Shown one piece after another: positions 8,627 through 18,500 of a stretch of DNA of 64,000 bases. The DNA is from an uncultured Candidatus Woesearchaeota archaeon. GTDB taxonomy: Archaea; Nanobdellota; Nanobdellia; UBA10117. The stretch covers positions 14,634 to 78,633 of the forward strand of contig CAIPHS010000011.1 of the NCBI GenBank assembly GCA_903864915.1, given 5' to 3'. The translations under genes were made by a program, and so were the position numbers. Position 1 is the stretch's first letter, and the number at the start of each line of letters is the position of its first letter. Below the pieces are notes generated by a model, which saw nothing but the letters and a program-made list of their open reading frames with translations, was not told the origin of the DNA and ran no database searches.

Positions 8627-9436
8627 ATGGTCCTTGAATGGCTGGTTGATGTTCACAAGATGGAAGGTAAGCCATGGAAGATGGTTTTCTTCGGCTTTAT
8701 TTACAGCGTGATTGCTGCAGGCCTGGCTTTGCTGATGCTGCCAAAGTTTGCAGGCCCAGTCATGCTCGCGTTCACAATGGTAGCCTTTGTTCCTCTAATG
8801 ATAAGCCTGATGAAGGAAGAGGAATTGAGGGATGAAGGCCGTAAAAATAAATTTGCACACTGGCTTGTCAAGGAACACTGGCCAGCTATGAAGTTTTTCA
8901 TTTGTATGTTTGCGGGCATGCTTCTCGCATATACAATTTTATTCATACTTTTACCAAAACAGTATGCAACAAACCTGTTCTCGATGCAACTTGACATGAT
9001 CACGAGCAGGAGTGTACAGCTCGGGGCGTTAATCGGTGATGGAAAATTACTGGCAATTCTGGCGAATAATTTCAAGGTCCTCGCCACAGGCTTGTTTCTG
9101 GCATTCATCTACGGGACTGGCGCAATTTTCATACTGAGCTGGAACGCTGCAATCCTCGGCACATTAATTGGCGACATAATTAAAACATCAATACAGACCG
9201 GCGCGGTGCCTTTGTCAATAGGAAAATTCCTGCTGCACGGCATACCTGAAATCACTGCGTATTTCATAGCAGGCCTTGCAGGCGGCATTATCTCCATAGC
9301 TGCGGCAAAACACAAGCTCGGCGATCCACAATTCAAGGAAGTTGTGAAAGATTCCCTAGAATTAATACTGCTTTCAGTAGTTCTGTTGATAGTCTCTGCG
9401 TTGCTGGAAGTTTATGTATCGCCGCTGATAGGTTAG
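8627..9436 (+). CDS. SpoIIM/DUF95-family membrane protein
   Basis: Polytopic. The motif LLHGIPEITAYFIAGLAGG is characteristic of the family. Confidence 0.65.
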   Translation: MVLEWLVDVHKMEGKPWKMVFFGFIYSVIAAGLALLMLPKFAGPVMLAFTMVAFVPLMISLMKEEELRDEGRKNKFAHWLVKEHWPAMKFFICMFAGMLLAYTILFILLPKQYATNLFSMQLDMITSRSVQLGALIGDGKLLAILANNFKVLATGLFLAFIYGTGAIFILSWNAAILGTLIGDIIKTSIQTGAVPLSIGKFLLHGIPEITAYFIAGLAGGIISIAAAKHKLGDPQFKEVVKDSLELILLSVVLLIVSALLEVYVSPLIG

Positions 9437-9563
9437 TAATCTTTATACGCTTTAGTGTTGTATAATGACACTATGGAAGAGGCACACTATTGGATAATAT
9501 TCTTTGTTATAATTATAATAATAATAGCACTTGTCGCAATTTTTTCGAGCAATCCAGATTTAA

Positions 9564-12500
9564 TCAGCGGGTCTTTCTTTTAGCTTCTTTTTCTTCTGCC
9601 TCTCTTTTTTTCTTCCGCCATATCGCCCAAATCAAATACAAAACTACTAAAAATGTCAATAATGTTTGTACATAGAACATATAACTTGGGGCAAATGCTA
9701 CTGAGGCTAACGGCTTTTCAAGGATTCTGACAGTTAAGTAGGCGCTGCCTGCTTCTATCCCATTTAACGTAATTCGGACATCTGCAACACCATCATCAGT
9801 CACATCAACATCGCCGCTCTCGTTGACGCCTAATTTAAGGCGAGATACTTTTGATTCTATCTGCAAATCTACAAAGTTGTCTGCAATCTGCAGAGGTGTG
9901 ATTGTGTGGTTAACTCCATCGTAAGTAAATACATGACTCTCGTTGACGCTGCTGTTATAATCATATACTGATGTGAAATTGAAATCACCTATGTAATATG
10001 TGCCAGTATATCCCGCCTGCCCTGGTAAAGTTTCATTTGCAACAGCTGAGACATTTGTGGTTGGCTTGCGGTGCTTTAGTATGCTTTCAAAACCTGATGG
10101 TGTCAGTGTTGTTGAAGTTGTTGTAAAGTTGTAAGGCCCTGATGTTACACAATTATTATACTGGTCGCACGATGTAACATTGAAGAAATATGTTGTGTTG
10201 GCGGATAAGCTAGCAAGTGCAAGGCTATGTGACAGGACAAAAGATGCACTGGTTATGTTGCTGCCCAACGCCAAGGTCGTGTCATAATCGATTGTGGAAT
10301 TCGCGAATACATTGGTGTCCCAAAGGATTTGTGTGCTGTTATCTGTAATAGATTGCGCGATTACATTACTTATTACTGGCGGAGTGATGTTTATCCACCA
10401 TGTCTCGTAAGCAGCAGTATAGTTCTGATTTCCTAAGAATTCTGCAGTAATATTATGCACTCCAAGCGCGTCGAACAACGTCACGTTTTGAGATGGTGAG
10501 GCTCCCGAATAGATTTGAGTTCCGTTGTCATACACTTGCATATCGCCTGTTCCGCTTACTAGAACTGCAGATATATTCACATAAGTATTATTCGACGTTG
10601 TAAAGTTAGCTCTTGATCCGTTCAGGTAGAGATAGATAACTCCGGTCACTGGATTAATTACATAAGAAAAGCCCGTACTTGCCGAAGTATAGTTTTGGCT
10701 TGCGGAAGTATTACAAACATAATTGTAAGTGTTTGCAGCCAGTGTTGTGTACATATTATTTTCGCTAGAGGTTACATCTACTCCGTCCCGGTACAGCTCA
10801 GTGGCAGCTTCAGGATTTGTGCAACTGCAAGATGCGTTTATTGCAGTTCCATAAGTCTGAGGTGATGTTGGATTAAATGCGAGATTGCAGCTTGATGTAT
10901 TCTGATTAACCGTCAGGAACCACGTTTCAAAGCTGCCAGTATAATTCTCATCACCTAAATTGACTGCAGTGTAATTGTAAGTGCCCGCAGCTAAAGTTGC
11001 GATGTCCTGGTTACTTACAGAACTTCCTTCTCTGTAAAGAGTTACAGACCCTACATCTGTCACAGCAGTCGCATTTGTCTGGCTCGGATATGTGACCGTT
11101 TCATTTGCTCCCATTCCATCCAGATAAAGCTGAGTGCTTGTTGATGTTTTGTTTATTGTCAGCGTGTTTGAAGCTGACTCTGAAGTATAATTTTGCGAAG
11201 CGGTATTATTGCAGACATAATCGTAAGTGCCTGCGGCATGAGTTATTGTGTAAGGAATACCCACAAACGTTCCATTTACATATAATTGTGGTGTTACCTC
11301 TGCATTATTCGCTGAACAATTGACTGTTGTTTCCGTCGGATATGTGTTTGTCCAGCTTGGAGATGCTGTCAGACTCAGAACTGTTGTTACCGGATCAAGC
11401 TCGTATATTGAACTGTTACTTGCTGTTGACCAATTGCCTGTTTCTGTTACATTACAGACATAGCTGTAGTTTCCCGCTGCGAGAGATGCGAACACATTAT
11501 TCTCAGTCGCTGTAACATCTGCATCGTCTCTGTACAATTTGGCTGACGATTCAGGATTTGTGCAACTGCAGCTCGCATTTACTGATGTCGGATATGTCTG
11601 TGGTGACGTTGGATTGAAATTCAGATAACAGTTGGATACATTTTTGAGTGTTACAGCTAACGTATTCGAAGTTGAAGCCTCTGTGTAATTCTGGGTTGCT
11701 GAGTTGTTACAGATATAATTATAGTTGCCTGGTGAAAGTGTTTGAACATCTGGATTGCTTGCTGATGTGCCGTTTCTGTAAAATGAAGGTGTTACTTGTG
11801 GTGTGTTTGTACCACAACTGACATTTGTCTGTGTTCCGTTAAATACAACCCATCCCGGACTTGCAGAGAGCGTAAGAACTGATATTGCCCTATCTACTAT
11901 TAGCAATCTTGCGGGGCTTGAGCCAGCTGTATAATTAACTCCGCCAGTCGTGTTGTAAACATAAGTGTAGTTACCTGCTGCCAGGGTCTGTACATCTGAA
12001 GCCGGGTCTCCCGAATTTGCCAGGATGCCATTTCCGTACAAGTTGAACGTCAAGTCTTGATTATTAACGAGGTCCGACCATCCGGTTGCGTTCGATTGAG
12101 TGCCATAAGTTATTGCGGTATCACTTTCTATTCCGTTTAATGCCAGTCCGAGGTTGCCAGAAGGATTTGCCCGAGTTATTGTATAGTTTGAACTGTTGCT
12201 TGCTGATGTATAGTTTTGTGAAGCTGAAATGTTGCAAGTGTAATTGTGAGCTTGCGCAGCCAATACAGTGTTTATGTTATTCTCAGTCACTGTAACATTT
12301 GCACCGTCTCTGTACAATGTAGCTGATGCTTCTGGGTTTGTACAACTACAAGATGCGTTTATTGCGGTGCCATAAGTCTGTGGTGATGTTGGATTAAAGC
12401 TAAGGGAGCAAGTAGATGTGACTTGACTGACAGTCACATAATATATTATTCCAGTCCCGTTTGCAGTATAATTCGTATTACCGGTGGTGTTCGCTTTGTA

Positions 12501-15500
12501 CTGATAATAACCGGCTCCAAGCGAAACATTCGTGTTCTTCTCACTCGTTACATTTGTTCCATTACGATAAATCTGGTCAGTGCCTGATGTTGAACTTGAG
12601 CTTGCATTAAGATTAGCACCATAAGGTATTGTTACATTATTTTGGATACCATTAAGAGTCAAATTAACAAAATCGTTCGCAGTACTGATCGTGAGATATC
12701 TTACTACTGTGCTTCCAGCAGTGTAATTAGTTCCGCCTGTTGTGTTGTACACATATACATAATTGCCTGCACCAAGAGTTGCAAGTTCAGTTGCCGGACT
12801 TCCGCTTGTAATAAAACTTCCATTTCTGTACAGATTAAATGTTAGGTCCTGGCTGACAGTTGAGATGCCTGTTGCATTGCTTGGGGTCCCGTAAGTTATT
12901 GTTGCATTGTTAAGAGCACTTTGTAAGTATAAGCTAAGCGAGCCAGATGGATCTGCTTTGTTTATCAACAATGTGTTTGTCTGCTGTGTACAATCAGAAT
13001 AATTTACACCACCTGTCCACTGGCAAGCATAATTATAAGATCCGGCTGTTGCGACCGCATCTGGTGAGCTCTTTGATGTGGAGTTCCTTGTGAAAGTCAT
13101 GCTTCCATCGCTTGAACCAGCTGAAACAGTACAGTTTGTGCTTGAAGATGTGCTATCGTAAGTCCTTGTCCAATTTTTGTCTGTAGCTAGCGTACACGTT
13201 CTTGTTGCCTGGTTTATTACAAAGTTGCTGGTGTTTGTGGCGCTGGTATAATTAGCATTACCTGTTGTGTTACATTCATATGCCCAGGTACTAACTCCAA
13301 GTGTTACAGCAGTCCCGTTTTCAGTCGCGGTTACATTAGTTCCATTTCTGTATAAAGCAACGGTGCCAGAGTTAGCTGTGCATGAACAAGTGGCTGTTAA
13401 GGCCGCACTATAATTCTGTGGTGTTGTCTTATCAAATGTTAAATTACACACTGATGTGCCCTTGTTCACAAACGCATAATAGGTGACGCCAGTGGCATTG
13501 TCGCTGTAGTTCGTATTTCCAGTTGCATTAACTTTGTAAGCATAAGTTCCGTTACCCAAAACAGATATGTTTACTTGTGGTGAAGCTCCGCTTGCCAGCA
13601 ACGTTGCATCCCTATACAAGAAAACAGTTCCAATTAGAGTTGTGCTGGTTGCGTTTATTGATTGTGGGTAAGTGTAAGTGCTATTTGCCTGCGTCCCGTT
13701 CAAGTACAGATTTACTGGATTGTCTGCCTTGCTTACTGTGAATGTTTGCTGCGCGCTTGCATTTGTGTTGCCAACAGAATCATTTGCGTAAGACTTCCAG
13801 TAGTATGTTCCGGCCCCAATTGTTGTACTGTAACTCCATACTCCGCTGGCATTTGTTCCTGACACAAGAGCCGCAGTATAGTTTTGAGCTGAGCCAGACC
13901 AGTTGCCGTCTATTTGTACTGTTGAGACATTGATATTATCTGCCCAAGTTATATTAAATACTGATGGTGTTGCGCTATATGTCAATGGAATACTTGATTG
14001 ATTATTGCTCCAGGTTGGTTTTGTATTGTCAATTGTAATTGTTCCGGCAGGATTGAATGAACTTGAATTGACAGTTCCGTCTCCAGCAGTGCAGTTGATA
14101 TCGACAACTTGCGATGCAAGAGCTGAGATATCCCAGTTGTATGCTCCTGTTGTGGATGAGTTAATGATATGCCATGTTCCGCTATCATTTGCACCTATGA
14201 AATACGTAATAGTATCTGTGTCCGCATCAGTTGAGCCTGTGCAGTTTATTGGGATTGTGCTGTTTGTGCCACCGTACATACCGGTTGTTGGTGTAAGTGT
14301 AGTTGGTGTTGTTGGTGCTGTGTTCTGAACAGTAGCGGTGCTTGAGTTTCTCCAACCAGTTGATTCGTTTGCGATACTATCACTTGCCATAGTAGCACAA
14401 ATTATTTGGTCGTTTTTATCTCCATTTCCAGCAATAGAAAGGTCCAAGGCGGAACTTACTTGTCCGCTGATTAAACCGTTGTTCTTGTACCATTGGTAAT
14501 ACCAGGCTGCTACGTCCCCATTAACATCAGTGAAGCTGCCATTTGTACAAGTAAGTACTGTATTTGTGGCAGGCGTAAGATTGCTTAGTGTAGGATTAGT
14601 TGAAGTTGGTGCTGTATTACTTGTTGTAAATGTCTGCGATGCGGATTTAGTCCATGTCCCTGTTGAATCATTTACCCAAACGTACCATCCAACAAGGCGA
14701 TTGTTTGTGGCATTGTTCAGTATGGTTATATTGCACCAGTTGGAGTTTCCGCTTAAAGAAGTAAATGATGTGTTAACAAAACTGCTACCTGTGTTGTTAT
14801 GTTCGATTTTACAACCGGATAGTCCATCAATGTCTGTAACATTTGCAGAGTAAAGCGCATTTACATTATGATTTGTGTCATTCATCGTAAAAGAAGCAAA
14901 TGTTGTGGCAGAGTCAGATATTGTTCTTGATGCTGAGTTAGATGTCCCGTTTACAAATGTGTCAGTTGGTATAACAGTACAAGTCCATGTCTGGCCTTTT
15001 GATAGGTTCCCGCTTGAAAGGTTGAATGATGTCTGTGAAACAAGCCCTGAAAGCACAGTGGTTGTTCCGTTAGTCCAGTTGAAGTAATATGAAATTGTAT
15101 CGCTGTCTGAATCAGTGCTTCCGGAAACCGAACAGTTCAAGTTGTCTGTTTTGTAAGCGGTTGCCGGAGCTATTGTAACAGTAGGTTGTGTAGGTGCATT
15201 GTTTGGATAAGTATTTGTGCCAGTAACTGAAGCAACGGCATTGCTCGTGTCATTGACTGTTATATTTATTGAAAGTGCTTTTACGGTTGTGGTATTAGTG
15301 CATCTAAATATAGTTTGATTGGTTGTTGAATTAATGCTTGTAGATGCTATTAACGTGCATTCTGTACTGTTGACTGTGACTGTACTTAGGTCTGTGTAGC
15401 TGTCCACATCAGTTACATTCACAGTTGCATTGAATGAATGTCCTGTTGTGTTGTTTGCGAAAGCAATTGCTGATATTGTTGGTACGCTGTTCTGGATTGT

Positions 15501-18500
15501 AATATTTGTTGAGTTCTTTGCAGTACCGTTCACAGTTCCATCATTTGGGATGACCTGGCAAGTCCAGTTATCTCCCTTTGTAAGGTTCCCTGATGTAAGA
15601 ATTGTAATATTTGTGTTTGTACCGTTTGTTATGCTAGTTTTTATTCCGCTAAAGTTTGCAGCGTTGTTCTTATACCATGTGAAATAAGCAGTAAGGCTTG
15701 TTTGTTCTGCGTCTGTGAGCGTTGCGTTACAATATAAGTTGTTAATTTTATAGGCAGTTGTCGGGTCAATTGTTGGAGTAGTCGTGTTTGGAGCTGTGTT
15801 TGGAACTGTTACATTTATTGTCGCGATATCTGTAACATTCCAGTTGCCCTGTGTGTCATTCGCCCAAATTCTCCAGCCAATTATGCCACTCACAGAACTA
15901 TTACTCCACGTGAAATTAGACCAGTTTCCAATGCTTGGGCCTATTTGCAACGGAGAGCCATAAACTCCGCTCTTGTTTGCCCACGCACCAGTCTCGTTTG
16001 TTGATAGAACAGCATAGCTTAGGTTAACATTGTCTGTCCAATAAGCTGAAAGTTTGACAGAGTCGGTATTGTTGATTGTTGAAGCGTTTTGGCTCTGGTT
16101 TGACCATCCTGGAGCCTGTATGTCCGTCCAGTTTACCTGCAGCAAAGGCCTTTGGTTTGCTGTCGCACTATTACTAGTTGTATATGTTTTTCTGGTGTTT
16201 TGTGTAGCCTCGTTACTATCTATTATTATCCATCCCTGGTTTTTGCTTTGGTTATCTGCAAAGATTTGTACATCATTAGTTACGTTAAACGAATAATACC
16301 CAGTTATGCTTACACCTGTGCTGGTTGAAAGAGTGGCGTTGTAATCGCCGCCAGCAGTTGTCCAGGCATTTCCTGTCGTATAATTGTTCCATGTTGCTTG
16401 AAGTTCGACCCATGTCCTGTTATCGTAAATTTTGTAGACATTGTGTGTTCTTGCGCCGGCGTCAGTAGCTGTAACATAAAATGTCAGATTGGCTTTGTCT
16501 ATCCTTACTCCAGAAGGAATACTTGAAAGATTGAATTTAATTAAGCTTCTATAAGCTCTGCCAGCGGCATTCCATTTACCAACTATCATGGTTGTGATGC
16601 TGCCATAATTGCTGTTGGCGCTTGCTTGATATATTTGCGTATCATTCGTCAGTGCAGTGCCGTTGAATTCGGCATATCCAGGATCGCCAGGTGTAATTGT
16701 TATGTTGTAAAGCGTTCCAGGCGTAAGTCCATATGCAATCGTATGCCACTGGCCTTCTTCACAAGTTTGCGCTGCGAAAGTATAATTGTCGCATTTTGTA
16801 AGTACACCTCCCGTAAGATTTACAGTAATGTTTGCTGTTTGGAAGCTGCCTAGCGGATTGACCGCAAAAATGTTTAATGCGCCATCCGATAGTCCTGGTT
16901 TATCAAACCCAGGCAATATAAAATTTGAATCAACGGTATAATTGTAGTACGTAATACTAATTGTTGGCGTATTTACTGGAGATATTTTTATAGTATAATT
17001 CCCAGCTATTAGGTCAAATGAGTATGTGGTGTTTGTCTGCAGGTATACTATTTGCCCCGTTGAATTTATTATCGTAAGAGTTGCATTTATCGCAGAACCG
17101 TTCGCACTTGGTATCGACTCATTCTGCTGCTTTGATACTGCTAAGGTTTGCGCTGTATTGTTTACCCATGTTGAGTTCACATTTCCAGCATTGTCTGCAG
17201 TCCTTATTTGTATCTGGTATGTTGTTGAATTACTTAGTCCGGTTGCATTGTAGTAGTTGTTTGAAGTATTTGTTTTGAATGTCCCGTTTAGCCATGCTTC
17301 TGCGTGATTAAAGTCAGCATCAGCAGGGTTTGTCCAGTTCCAGTATATCCAGTCTAATCCATACAACGGCGCAGACAATCCAGTAATTGTTGCAGGAGGT
17401 GTTGTGTCTAGTATTGTAACATTTGCATAATAAGTTACATTTGATGCAGTGTAATTCGTATCTCCAGGGAATGAGCCTGTTACGTTGTAATAACCTACCT
17501 GTGAAAGTGTCGTAATGTTAGTCAGGGGTGTAACTCCAGATTGCTGTGTCCATCCACTTATGTTTGTGTCCAGATAGACTGTCTTTCCGCTGGCATTTAT
17601 TGTAACAGTGAAGTTCGCGACATCACCCGTATTGTAACTTCTGTTTCCTTCAGTTCCGTTTAAGAAAAGTCTTGTCAGTGTTGCTGCCTTGTTCACTACA
17701 TAATTTGAGCTGTTAGTTGCACTAGTATAATTAGCATTGCCGGTGATATTGCACGTATAATTATATGTTCCAACCCCCAATGTTACATTTGAGTTTATTT
17801 CAGTTGTTACATTTGTTCCGTTCCTATAAAGCTGGGCAGTTCCTGCTGTGCATGAACATGAAACATTGAGTGATGTGCCATAGGTCTGTGGTGATGTTGG
17901 ATTAAAGCTAAGCGAACAGGCGCTAGTTGCCTGGTTCACAAAAGCATAGTAAGTGACACCAGTTAAGTTGTCACTATAGTTCGCATTGCCGGTGGCATTA
18001 ACTTTGTAAGCATAAGTCCCGTTGCCAAGATTTGACAAGTTAGTCTGTGGAGAAGCCCCACTAACCATCAAATTCCCATCGCGGTAAACATTAACAATGC
18101 CACCAGTTGAAGTACCAGTAGCATTAACAGTTGCTAGATAAATATACGTAACATTACTGTTAAGCGTACCATTTAAGTACAGGTTTACATTAATTGCTGT
18201 TTTATTTATGGCGAATGTCCAGTTTGCTGTGGAGTTCGGGTTCCCGTTAGTGTCATTAGCGTAAGACTTCCAGTAAAATGTTCCTGCAGGAAGTGTAGCA
18301 TTATAGCTCCAAATACCATTGGCGGTTGTTCCTGAGATAAGTGTTGCAGTGTAATTCTGCGGAGAACCTGACCAGTTCCCTTCTATCAAAACAGTTGAAA
18401 TATTTACGTTGTCTGCCCAAGTTATATTAAAGATTGAGATCTGCGAAGCATTATACTGTGTGGGGAAACTCGACTGATTAGTTGACCATGTTGGTGGATT

